64,000 bases of DNA. It comes from Octopus sinensis (Eukaryota). The stretch spans positions 31,868,001-31,932,000 of the forward strand of contig NC_043015.1 in NCBI RefSeq assembly GCF_006345805.1. The letters are read 5' to 3'. A program made the position numbers and the translations under genes. The notes below the pieces were generated by a model. It had not been told where the DNA came from. It was given only the letters and a program-made list of their open reading frames with translations, and ran no database searches. This document shows positions 50,601-61,807 of this stretch, in pieces (the stretch's first letter is position 1; the number at the start of each line of letters is the position of its first letter).

Positions 50601-51342
50601 AATCATATGTACGTGCACACACATACACACACATCAACACCCATTCCCACCGTCAATCTTCTAACTGTAGTTCTTCTCCTCAACTGCTGTACCCTTCACA
50701 TAGTATTCCTACTACTATTTTATCACCCCTTCTTCCTCTTCCCCGACAAACTCCTATTTCCTTCCCTTTTCTTCCTCCAAACTGATATTCCCTGCATTTC
50801 AACCTCAACCCCAACCTCACCTTGACCCTTACCATCTGTTACTCTCTTCTTCTCAAAATGCTGCAAACTTACTTACACCCCACCCCACACCTTTTCTGTT
50901 CCTCTATCTCCATTCTCTCTCTCTCTCTCTCTCTCTCATATTCACCTTATACCCTTAGGGTACACTCTCACCATTTCTCTTTGAAAATCTGGAATCGATC
51001 CACATCCACCATAATTACGAGTGACCACAAATATCTTTGACAAGTAAGCAGGCAAGGAACATTGGGAAAAAGGTGGTGTGGTCATGGTGAGAAAGCCTCT
51101 GATAATAAACCAACTGGATCAGGATGATGTGGCGTTGAAACGGCAACAACCCATCAGAATGTCCATTCTTGCCTCACATATTGATAAAATTGCTAATTAG
51201 AGAAATACACGAACATCACAGAATTTATAATTCTTTGGAGAAAAGCATGGAGATTACAAAAGCTACCAATATGTTCCTTACAAAAGGCAACCATTTTATT
51301 GTATTATTACTTTGATTCTTTATGATTCTATAGTATCATGGT

Positions 51343-51394
51343 ACTGCTGCTGCTGCTGCTGCTGCTGATAATAATGATGATGATGATGGTGGTG

Positions 51395-51441
<47 letters not shown>

Positions 51442-51655
51442 TATTATTATTATCATTATTATTATTATTATTATTATTATCATCATCATCATCATTATCA
51501 TCATCATTACCAATTTCATTATCATCACCATCATCCTCTTCATCACAATTATCACCACTGTCACCATCACCACCACCACCACCACCACCACCACCACCAC
51601 CACTACCACAAGCAAACCCTCCACCACCAACGCCACCACCACCATCTTCATTATT
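51343..51655. repeat. Compound trinucleotide array (GCT)(GAT)(CAT)(TAT)(CAC)
   Basis: Direct reading. Confidence 0.95.
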
Positions 51656-52057
51656 ATTGCTCTTCGATCTTTTTTTTTTTATTGGCCGCAAGCTAGAACA
51701 GTTCCTTCTGGGCGAATTTGCAGATCAAACTCCCTCCAAGACTCCACTCCACTCCATCCTATATCATTTAAGTTTATGCCACCTCCCCCAAAGGCAAAAA
51801 TATGGTATACAGACTAATATCAGATAACGGCCATATTGTGTAACTGAAATGAAATTATATCAATATTCTCTCGTATTGATGTTTGGTAATTCAATTTAAT
51901 GGAATTGGGTTTGTTACAAAAGAACTATTGGTTTCAAGAACTAACTAAAAAAACTTTAAATGTATAAAACTATTTATAATGCGAGAAAGCCTACATGTTG
52001 TTCAGTTGTCTTGAATAAATCACCCGCATTAACACATTGATTGAAAACCGTGTGTGT

Positions 52058-52115
<58 letters not shown>

Positions 52116-52308
52116 ATGGAAATATCAATTAATGAGCGATAAAAGAACAGGAGTTATACAATCGTATTCATTAGTTTCCAGCTGTTTCCGTTGTGAGTAA
52201 CGTTGTGATGCTGTTGCTCAAAGTTGTGTGTTCGTGCAAAGTGTCACATCCAGTTGTGAAAAAAAAAAACTATACCCCCCCCCCAAAAAAAAATTGAAAA
52301 AGTTCACA

Positions 52309-52712
52309 TAGGCGTAGGAGTGGCTGTGTGGTAAGAAGCTTGTTTACCAACCACATGGTTCCGGGTTCAGTCCCACTGCGTGGCACCTTGGGCAAGTGTC
52401 TTCTACTCTAGCCTCAGGCCGACCAAAGCCTTGTGAGTGGATTTGGTAGACGGAAACTGAAAAGAAGCCCGTCGTATATATATGTGTGTGTGTGTGTGCG
52501 TGTTTGCGTCTGTGTTTGGTCCCCCCTAGCATCGCTTGACAAACGATGCTGTTGTGTTTACGTCCCCGTAACTTAGCGGTTCAGCAAAAGAGACCAATAG
52601 AATAAGTACTAGGCTTACAAAGAATAAGTCCTGGGGTCGATTTGCTCGACTAAAAGTTGGTGCTCCAGCATGGCCACAGTCAAATGACTGAAACAAGTAA
52701 AAGCGTAAAGAG
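52309..52712 (+). mobile_element. SINE family B, full length
   Basis: Match to family B. Confidence 0.9.
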
Positions 52713-52939
52713 TATAGGAAATTCATCTAGAGTTAAGTCCCTTAGACAAGGATCAGAGTGTCTACATGGTGTAAGGGGTAACTGCCTGCACACACACATC
52801 AATCCCCACCCCCATACCACTTGGGTGCAAGTATTATATGGGTCGATGTATGTGCAGGAGAGCAGGACAGAAAGTAGGGATGAGTTGGTTGGTCAATTTT
52901 AAAACTGTGTGGACATGTATGTGTATATGTATCTCTCTT

Positions 52940-53325
52940 TTCTCTCTTTTACTTGTTTCAGTCATGTGACTGCGGCCATGCTGGAGCACCACCTTTTAGT
53001 CGAGCAAATCGACCCCGGGACTTATTCTTTGTAAGCCCAGTACTTATTCTATCGGTCTCTTTTGCCGAACTGCTAAGTGACGGGGACATAAACACACCAG
53101 CATCGGTTGTCAAGCAATGCTAGGGGGACAAACACAGACACACAAACATATATATATACATATATATGACAGGCTTCTTTCAGTTTCCGTCTACCAAATC
53201 CATCCACAAGGCATTGGTCAGCCCAGGGCTATAGCAGAAGACACTTGTCCAAGATGCCACGCAGTGGGACTGAACCCAGAACCATGTGGTTGGTTAGCAA
53301 GCTACTTACCACACAGCCACTCCTG
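52940..53325 (-). mobile_element. SINE family B, near full length
   Basis: Match to family B; inverted relative to 52309-52712. Confidence 0.9.
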
Positions 53326-53539
53326 TATGTGTGTGTTTGTATGTAAAAAGTTGGACGTAGCAAAACTCATGCTGAATCCTCAGACTATGTCAATGGGAAG
53401 TACTAATCATGGAAGTTCTAATGTTTATATTTATAGTACAGTTTACCGGTATCCAATCACATATTACCTTTCATGTGGGTAGAATTGAAAATTGAAAAAA
53501 TTAACCTTTTACAGTTTAGATAGGTATCCAGGTGGATAC

Positions 53540-53768
53540 TTCTTTAACATAATTCTTTTCCCTGCAAAGCATAGCATGCAGTTCCTACTACCATTGAAAT
53601 AAGGTTTGCATCTCTGCAGTACTCTCCACTTCATGCTGTAATCCAGTGTGGGGGTTTTTTCAGCAACCATATATGTCTAGCTAGAGCTGTGGCATTTTGC
53701 CTCTTCTGGATATCAAAAGAACAATTGTGGTTGTTAAATCTGGCTCTGAAGGACGTTCTGGCACACCC
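53540..53768 (-). mobile_element. Penelope-like element remnant (GIY-YIG endonuclease C-terminal part)
   Basis: GCARTSFRARFNNHNCSFDIQKRQNATALARHIWLLK / TLDYSMKWRVLQRCKPYFNGSRNCMLC parallels the PLE FK.RY.NH..SF...T.LS..IW..KW.I....PY.....C.LC pattern; one frameshift. Confidence 0.8.
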
Positions 53769-54305
53769 TAATATTTTTTACTCATACTCTCAAAATACAA
53801 GGAAGTGAGTATAAGAGAGAATATAAGCAGTGGATCAAGGGGAAAGAGAGGATGGTTAATTTTGTAAGAATGGGAAAAGAGAGTGACAGATGATTAGGGA
53901 TGGGGTAGAGGGTAAATGTAGTGAGTGATGAACAAGAGTAGAAGTGTGATTGATGGTAAATATCAATATGGAAGGAGGAGGGAGTGTAAAAGATAGAGGT
54001 GGTTCAGGAAGGAAGATAGATCAGAAATTGTAGGGAGGGTGATGTGCATATTGAAAGTTTGTGGGATAGAGATGTAGAGTGAGAATGATGGAGACCAGAG
54101 GTACATAACAGTATGTATGTATGTAAGTATGTACATCTCCTTTTTTTGTTCTCTATTTTTTTCCTCTCATCCTTTCTGCTGAAGAGCACAGGCTGGAAAC
54201 ACCAAAGACTTTTCCATTCTTCACAAGCTTTAAATTGATACACCTGCTTGTTTTCTTTCACCAGTCTTCGTCTTTTGTCTTCTAGTAAATTTGAAATATA
54301 AGTGT

Positions 54306-54348
<43 letters not shown>

Positions 54349-54698
54349 TGTAAGATCCAAAGATCCAGGTGTAGGAAGTTGGTAAGCTTCAAGCAGTCCA
54401 TGGTAGATATAAAAAAACGGCTTTCAGGAACAATAATAGTTTATTGACCTAAAAGGTTGTAGGCTTTTCCTAAATCGAAGTTCAATAAGCTAGAAAACGT
54501 TTTTATAGTTTGCAGTCATCAGCAACTGGGGTTGCAATGAATGTGAATAAAAATCCAGATTGAGAGAATGGAGTTAATCCAGGCTACACGTGTTTCCTAG
54601 CTAGCAGGTCTTTACAAGTAATAATTACTCAATAAAGGATACACTGTTAGCCACTCATCAGGTTGAAAATACCTTAATTATATGAAGCTTATATTGTC

Positions 54699-54880
54699 GT
54701 TTTCGCCTGTCGTTACATTCTGAGTTAAAATTCCGCCAAGGTTGACTTTGCCTTTCATCCTTTCGGGGTCAATAAATAAAGTACCAGTTTCGTACTGGGT
54801 CAATGTAATCGACTTAATCCGTTTGTCTGTCCTTGTTTGTCCACTCTGTGTTTAGCCCCTTGTGGTTAGTAAAGAAATAT
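54699..54880 (+). mobile_element. Headless family A unit with ~19-bp TSD
   Basis: Starts GTTTTCGCCTGTCG (equivalent to GTATTTCGTCTGCCG); TSD ATATGAAG(C/G)TTATATTGTC at 54680-54698 and 54881-54899. Confidence 0.85.
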
Positions 54881-55371
54881 ATATGAAGGTTATATTGTCT
54901 TTTAAGGAATCCCAAGTTGACTTGCTGGAAATATAATTCAAAATAATTGGTGAAGCCAGAAGAACGGAGTAAGAAAAATATACAAAACAGAAAATAAAAT
55001 ATATGAAGAAATAAAATGGTTGATAAGAGAAAAGAAACAAACAGTAAAAAATTTGGGAGTGGGCTATTGTCTGAATGTCTAAAGTTGTTAAGAATAAAGA
55101 AAGGGAGAGTAGGGAAAGAAATGGGGATTTAGGTTAGATTGTTGATGACTTTAGGGGATTGAATTTATGGGAGCAACTGTCTTCGAAGAAAATATTGTCG
55201 TTGAATGCTCGAAATGAGGAGTAGATAGACAGTCAACAACTGATGAAGGGTCGTTCTCTATGTTACTTGTCCCGTTTTCCCTTTTATTTTTACTCTGGCT
55301 GTTTGTGTATTTAACTCATTTGTTTTTGTACTTCATGTTGTTTACACAGTTGGTGATGTCCTGTACCCATA

Positions 55372-55538
55372 TAGGCGCAGGAGTGGCTGTGTGGTAAGTA
55401 GCTTGCTAACCAACCACATGGTTCCGGGTTCAGTCCCACTGCGTGGCATCTTGGGCAAGTGTCTTCTGCTATAGCCCCGGGCCGACCAAAACCTTGTGAG
55501 TGGATTTGGTAGACGGAAACTGAATGAAGCCTGTTGTA

Positions 55539-55576
<38 letters not shown>

Positions 55577-55800
55577 TGTGTGTGTATATGTTTGTGTGTC
55601 TGTGTTTGTCCCCCAAGCATTGCTTGACAACCGATGCTGGTGTGTTTACGTCCCCGTCACTTAGCGGTTCGGCAAAAGAGACCGATAGAATAAGTACTGG
55701 GATTACAGAGAATAAGTCCTGGGGTCGATTTGCTCGACTAAAGGCAGTGCTCCAGCATGGCCGCAGTCAAATGACTGAAACAAGTAAAAGAGTAAAGAGT
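55372..55800 (+). mobile_element. SINE family B, full length
   Basis: Match to family B. Confidence 0.9.
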
Positions 55801-56234
55801 ATACATATATATTATTCATATTATTATTTAATTGAACACAAAGCATCCATTTCCAAGTAAGTTTATCTTCACCTTTTTGATGCGACTCTATACTGTTTTC
55901 TCCCCCATCTTTCTCTAATTCCCTTTTTCTCCTCTTCACCATTTTCTATCTGTCTCTCTCACCCTCTTTCTCTTTTTCTCTTTCTCTCATTGCTCACACG
56001 TGACCATCGTCCATCTTTCTTCTCCTCACGTGACCATCTTTCTTTTCCTGCATGATGTCCTAAGGACTGGACGCCTTCTGTCTCTCTCTTCTATCTTTTC
56101 TCTTTTCAAAGAAAATATTTCTCACAGCACTCACCATTTGCCTCTTGTTCTGGTCTAACGACCTCCCATGTTTGTTTTCATTCGGTTTCCTTGTATGTCT
56201 TCACTCTCCTGTTTTTCTTCCCAACTTTGACCCT

Positions 56235-56960
56235 CCATAACTACTACCAACATAACATATACCACATGCATCAACATATACACTCTCACCACCACCACCA
56301 CCACCACCACCACCAGCAACATCACCACCACCACTACTACATGCACAGTCACTACTACCATCATCAACAATACCCTCTATTCCACCATCACCACAAGCAT
56401 ACTATGACATACACTGCCACCACACACACTATTACATATACTGCCACCACCACTTTCACACACCATAACCATCACTACCACCTTTTCAACAGTACCCTCC
56501 ACACCACCACCACCACCACCACCACCACATACATATTACCACACACATTTCCACCACAGAAACTATCATCATATACAATACCACCACATACACTACTACC
56601 ACATATACTACTACCACCACCACCACTACCATATACACTACCATTGCCACATATCATCATCATCACCAATACCCTTCACACCACTACCACCACCACCACC
56701 ACCACATACATGCTAACACATATACTATCATTGATACCACTATCAATACCACCACCACTAGCACACACATAGTCACCAGCAATATCCCTACCATATCACC
56801 ACCACCACTAATGCTACTACCATAACTTCTATTACTCCCACCACTACATCAACCCTTCCTCTACAATTACACACTTCACATACATCACCACCATCATAAA
56901 CACTTCCACCACCACCATCACCACCACCACCACCATCATACTTCCCTCCACCGCATCATA
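56235..56960. repeat. Degenerate (CAC/CAT/TAC)-rich low-complexity tract
   Basis: Direct reading; explains the His/Thr-rich ORFs. Confidence 0.85.
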
Positions 56961-57437
56961 TCAGGCAATCCACAATCTATCCAGGTATCAACCAGATCTT
57001 GGATGCTATTTACGAATATAGATAGATAAAAATAATTATGAGATGAAACCGAGGTGTGGTGGTAGGGGCACCGGTGGTGGTGGTGGTGGAGGTGGTGTAC
57101 TGTCAAGGGTGGGAATCCTGGGTGTGGTGGAATGGTGCAGAGTAAGAGTAGGAAGCATTGGCCTGAAACATTATGGTACAGCTACGGTTTGGATAGGCTC
57201 TAAATACTTTGCAGAAGTACTTGACTCTCTGTGTGTTTGGTTGGTTGGTGTGCGCAGACATACAGGCATACCAACATATGTACAAGCATACTTACGTATG
57301 TGTGTGTGTGTACATAAATGTATATTGTGTGTGAGTGTGGGTGTATGTGTGTATATATTTTATTTATTTTATTTCATCTAGTTTCAGCTCACGAGCTGTG
57401 GCCATGCTGGGGCACTGCCATTAAATGATAGAAAGAC

Positions 57438-57546
57438 GTTTACAGCACCTTGGTTTCCCAAGTGGTCACCCATCTAAGTACTAACTAGCTAACTAGGCTC
57501 GACTTTGCTTAACTTCAATGATCGGACAAGAACCGGTGTTTTCAAA

Positions 57547-57553
<7 letters not shown>
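57438..57553 (-). pseudogene. 5S rRNA: 5S rRNA pseudogene (5' ~10 nt lost into (TA)n)
   Basis: Minus strand ATATCACTTTGAAAACACCGGTTCTTGTCCGATCATTGAAGTTAAGCAAAGTCGAGCC..GTTAGTACTTAGATGGGTGACCACTTGGGAAACCAAGGTGCTGTAAAC matches invertebrate 5S; 8-nt duplication CTAACTAG at 57481-57496. Confidence 0.9.
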
Positions 57554-57590
<37 letters not shown>

Positions 57591-57610
57591 CATGCATGTA
57601 TGTATGTATG

Positions 57611-57670
<60 letters not shown>

Positions 57671-57819
57671 TACATATATACCTATATATGTTTACATAAA
57701 TACTATGTGTATAAATATATTGTGTACAAATATATAAAAATATACATACACACACACACACATATATATATACAGCTAAGTATATATATATATATTGTTG
57801 CTGTTATGTTAAACAGTGT

Positions 57820-58150
57820 TGGTATTGGTGGCAGTTACAGTGTTGGGCTCACAACCACAAGGTTATGAGTTCGATTCCTGGACCAGGCTGCGTTTGTGTT
57901 CTTGAGCAAGACACTTCATTTCACATTGCTCCAATTCACTCAGCTGTAGAAATGAGTTGTGACGTCACTGGTGCCAAGCTGTATCAGCCTTTGCCTTGTC
58001 CCTTGGATAACACTGGTGGCATGGAGAGGGGAGGCTGGTATGCATGGGCGACTGCTGGTCTTCCATAAACAACCTTGCCTGAACTTGTGCCTCAGCGGGG
58101 AACTTCCTAGGTGCAATCCTATGGTCAGTCATGACTGAAGGGGGTCTCCG
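57820..58150 (+). mobile_element. SINE family E
   Basis: B-box GAGTTCGATTCC, GTGTTCTTGAGCAAGACACTT; homologous to 18655-18948. Confidence 0.75.
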
Positions 58151-58279
58151 CAAGAAGGGGTAACAGTAGGGTAAATGGGGTGTAATGACAGGATAATAGC
58201 AGTGGGGTGGTAATAACAGTGGTTGTGGTGGTGGTGATAGTGGTGGCAGTGGTGTATGCAGTGGTGGTACTATGTAACA

Positions 58280-58552
58280 GGCATTCCATCGGTTACAACA
58301 ATGAAGGTTCCAGTTGGTCTGATCAACGGAACAACCTGCTCATGAAATTAACGTGCAAGTGGCTGAACACTCCATAGCCACTCTCGCCCTTAACGTAATT
58401 CTCAGGGGGACTCTGCGTAACACAGGATATATGACAAGGGCTGGCCCTTTTGAAATACAGGTACTACTCATTTTTGCCAGCTGAATGGACTGGACCAATG
58501 TGAAATAAAGTGTCTTGCTCAAGGACACAATGTACTGCCGGGTATCAAATTC
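58280..58552 (-). mobile_element. SINE family F (CORE-like start GTGTCCTTGAGCAAGACACTT, distinct body), 5'-truncated
   Basis: Minus strand reading; only one clear copy in the window. Confidence 0.55.
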
Positions 58553-58555
58553 TAC

Positions 58556-58722
58556 ACATTCCTTATTTTCTCTCCTTGTTTCTTTCTGTGTTCCTTTCTG
58601 TGGAAGAGCATAGGCTCGAAACATTAAAGACTTTTTCACTTGCTGAGCGTTAAACTAATACATCTACTTGTTGTCTACACCACCTGTCTTTGTCTTTTGT
58701 TTTTATTTTGTTGAATTTTCCC

Positions 58723-58724
<2 letters not shown>
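58556..58724 (+). mobile_element. Family I element with hammerhead-like motif
   Basis: CTTT-CTGTGGA-A-GAGC-ATAG-GCTC-GAAAC-ATT-AAAG at 58594-58629; abuts (TA)n. Confidence 0.7.
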
Positions 58725-58774
<50 letters not shown>

Positions 58775-58775
<1 letters not shown>

Positions 58776-58934
58776 CATCCATCATCATCATCGTTTAGCG
58801 TTTGCTTTCCATGCTAGCATGGGTTGGACGATTTTGACTGAGGGCTAGCGAACCAAATGGCTGCATCAGGTTCCAATCTTGATTTGGCAGAATTTCTACA
58901 CCTGGATGCCCTTTCTAATGCCAACCACTCCAAC

Positions 58935-58935
<1 letters not shown>
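58775..58935 (-). mobile_element. Family C RTE-type tail
   Basis: Reverse complement of the 10240-10385 type sequence. Confidence 0.7.
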
Positions 58936-58967
<32 letters not shown>

Positions 58968-60212
58968 TTATATATATATATATATATAGCAGCATGATTT
59001 AGATGTTTGCTTTAGCCATGTGGTTTTGGGTTTAGTCCCATAAAGTGGCACCTTGGTCAAGTGTCTTCTTCTATAGCATTGAGTCAAACAATGACTTGTG
59101 ACAGAATTTGGGTAGAAGCCCATCACATGTGCATGAGTGAGTGTGTGTATGTGTACACACACACACACACACACATTCTTTCCACAAGACATAGAGATGG
59201 GGCTGCACTACACGCATGTTACCATGGTGTTTCACCGGTTAATATTAATAGTCCCATCAATGCCATGTTACCTCGGTACTTTTACAGAAAATATATATCA
59301 ATATACAAACACAACAGAAATGTACCCAAACACTCTACTCTCACTTACCACCAAAAAAGAAAAAAAACAAAAAAATTGTGAGTCAGCAGTGACTAGGATA
59401 ACCATTACACAAACACTCATACAATATTTTATTAGTCTGGATACCTTGTGTATGTAATCTTATCATTTAGTAGATTTCTTTATCTTGGTCCTTTTTTTTC
59501 TTCCTGTTTTCTATTATTCTTTTCTCTTTTTACCTTATCTTCAGGTTGAGTTTATATTCATATATTCTGTCAGATTTAATTCCAGTTGAGAGCACTTGAA
59601 GCTCTATGTGTAACCTTACAAATATGTTTTTATTGCTAGCAAACTCTTGGCAGGAGCTACTTATATTAAACCAAGTACAGATTTATATATTCAACCAAAT
59701 CTATATCATTTAAGCTGAAGAATTTCCTAAGCTACTAGAAATAACTGCTAAATGTTCCCCAAAATCAACACACTATCTTAAAAAAATGAAGGACACATTG
59801 GATAATAGGGCACTAGATAAAACTACATCAGTAAAAAAGCCTACAGTTGTCATGGCTGGGTTGTCTTTGACCAGACTGAACAGGACGACCTGGTTGATCT
59901 CAGGTCAATCTACTCAATAAGGCTGCTTGGGGTTAAGTCTTAATAACAGCAACATTGTGCATCGTTACTGCAATAACTTTTTTGTTTTTGTTTTATATGT
60001 GTTTATATTGTATTTTCAGATGAAATTCACACAGTTGTAGATGCACACACACATATACAGGTAAATATATGCAAAATATAGGCCGATTTATATATCCATG
60101 TATGCACTCCCCCACACACACATGCCCACATGTATGCATGTATATAAACACACACGCATATATATACAAACACACATGTATGTGTGTGTATGTATATGTG
60201 TGTGTGTGTATA

Positions 60213-60690
60213 CAGGGTGTGATGGGTAAACTTGCTATTTTATATTTTCAATTACATGCATGTACATGATTTGTTTTTGATTTTGTCGACTACACAGTAT
60301 AGTAGGGTCAGTTGGGCACCATCTGTGAGAAAAACAGCACCATGATGCAATTCACTCTGCCAGAAATTTGGAAAGGACATGTTATACTGCTTGGCATTTG
60401 CACGGGAAATTCCAATAGAAACATTTCAGAGTGTTTGGGTGTCAATCTGAGGACAATGCAGAGGATTCAGAAAGAGTTGGATCAGTCTAATGGTGATTAT
60501 GAAGGTACGGCAGCTTGGAAAACTCTCTCTGATTGTTCTGATAAGAAAAGAACTCTTGAATTTGTTGGTGAGATCCAGGCCATGATTGACAACAATCCCT
60601 TCAAGTCAATCAGGTCCATCACCACCTATATGGGAGTGTCTGAGTTTCTTATCAGGCAGTTAGTGCATGAAGACCACATATTACATATTC
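60213..60690 (+). mobile_element. Tc1/mariner 5' fragment
   Basis: TA|CAGGGTG terminus; translation ISECLGVNLRTMQRIQKEL..IQAMIDNNPFKSIRSI..GVSEFLIRQLVHED (two HTH motifs); no 3' half. Confidence 0.8.
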
Positions 60691-60842
60691 GCTATAGGGA
60701 CTGGTAACCACTATAAGCTGTGGTGGAGAACAGTTCACACATGTGCTGAGGCTAACCAAAGGATTTTATATTTAGATATATCTGGGATACTTATATGTAC
60801 TCATTGTGGTGTGTGTGAGAGATTCGAAATAAAGGCACCTAC

Positions 60843-61123
60843 CTTCTCTTCGCTCTGATGGAGACCCTTCAGCGGTAACGGATCCTTCGACACAGCCCGA
60901 CCCGAACGCTAGAGATAGCAACTGCTTCACCCAACCATAACAACATGATCACCCGTCTTAACCCCTCGACGACCTGACTCGAAAAGGCAGAATGCCCCGC
61001 TCTTTGCGCGCGCGTCATGGCTGCCCCTTCCGGTCAGCCCCAAGTTCCGGTCAGCTCCCCAGCTGCTGACGTCATCCCACACTCGACCATTTGCTTCGGC
61101 TTTTTTTCCATGGGCGGATGTAG
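60843..61123. promoter_or_regulatory. CpG-island promoter with candidate first exons on both strands
   Basis: Sharp CpG cluster in CpG-poor flanks; TGCGCGCGCG (NRF1-like), two TTCCGG (ETS-like), palindromic CRE TGACGTCA; minus donor AAG|GTAGGT at 60843/60842, plus donor TAG|GTATTT at 61123/61124. Confidence 0.6.
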
Positions 61124-61559
61124 GTATTTCATTCATTTCTATTCATATTTTCTACTGAAGAGGAAAAAAATCCATTATGAGATTAATTCCGAAATTGATT
61201 CAATATAGAAATAGCGATCTTTTTAAAGAATTCTGTTGGCTAGCTTTCCTCGATTTCAGCACAACGTATTTCTGTAGTGGGTATAATAATATGTGGAAGG
61301 CTTTGACTACTGTCAAGTAGAATACTGGAATGTATTATAGTAGATATGAAACTTGAAACAGAAAGATGCTGGTGAGAACCAATTATGTTCAAAATTCTCA
61401 AAACATAAATCTCAAACTCATATTGTTGTAGTTAAGAGTTTAAAATTGTTCTTCTTTCCAGAATTTTGTTTTATATGCTAAAAGGCAACAATAAATTACT
61501 ACCAAAGTTAAAGATTATGAATTTTCTTATTTACTCTCCAAAATTGGCACACCCTAATA

Positions 61560-61593
<34 letters not shown>

Positions 61594-61598
<5 letters not shown>

Positions 61599-61796
61599 AG
61601 AGTTTACGAAAAAAACAAAAGACAAAGACAGGTGGTGTACAAAACAAACAGATGTATTAGTATAACGCTCAGGAATAGAAAAAGTCTTTTACGTTTCGAG
61701 CCTACACTCTTCGACAGAAAGGGACACAGAAAAAACAAGGAGAGAAAAAAGGAGAGAGAAAAATGTGTGTAGTGGCTAACGATCTATCATGGCAAC
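61594..61796 (-). mobile_element. Family I element, most complete copy
   Basis: (TA)n on both sides; motif CTTT-CTGTCGA-A-GAG-TGTAGG-CTC-GAAAC-GTA-AAAG at 61686-61721 (minus). Confidence 0.72.
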
Positions 61797-61807
61797 TATA
61801 TATATAT

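Noticed and set aside
51320-51817. Poly-I/poly-D/poly-H/poly-T ORFs, also 15079-15276 and 56191-56772
   Set aside because: Trinucleotide repeat arrays.
55200-55260. CTGATGAAGGG at 55240-55250 (hammerhead core start)
   Set aside because: No downstream stem II/GAAA, so at best a decayed PLE terminal repeat.
60805-61130. Solo LTR interpretation of the CpG island
   Set aside because: No clear TG...CA ends with TSD or correctly placed polyA signal; promoter motifs and splice donors explain it better, though copy number is untested.
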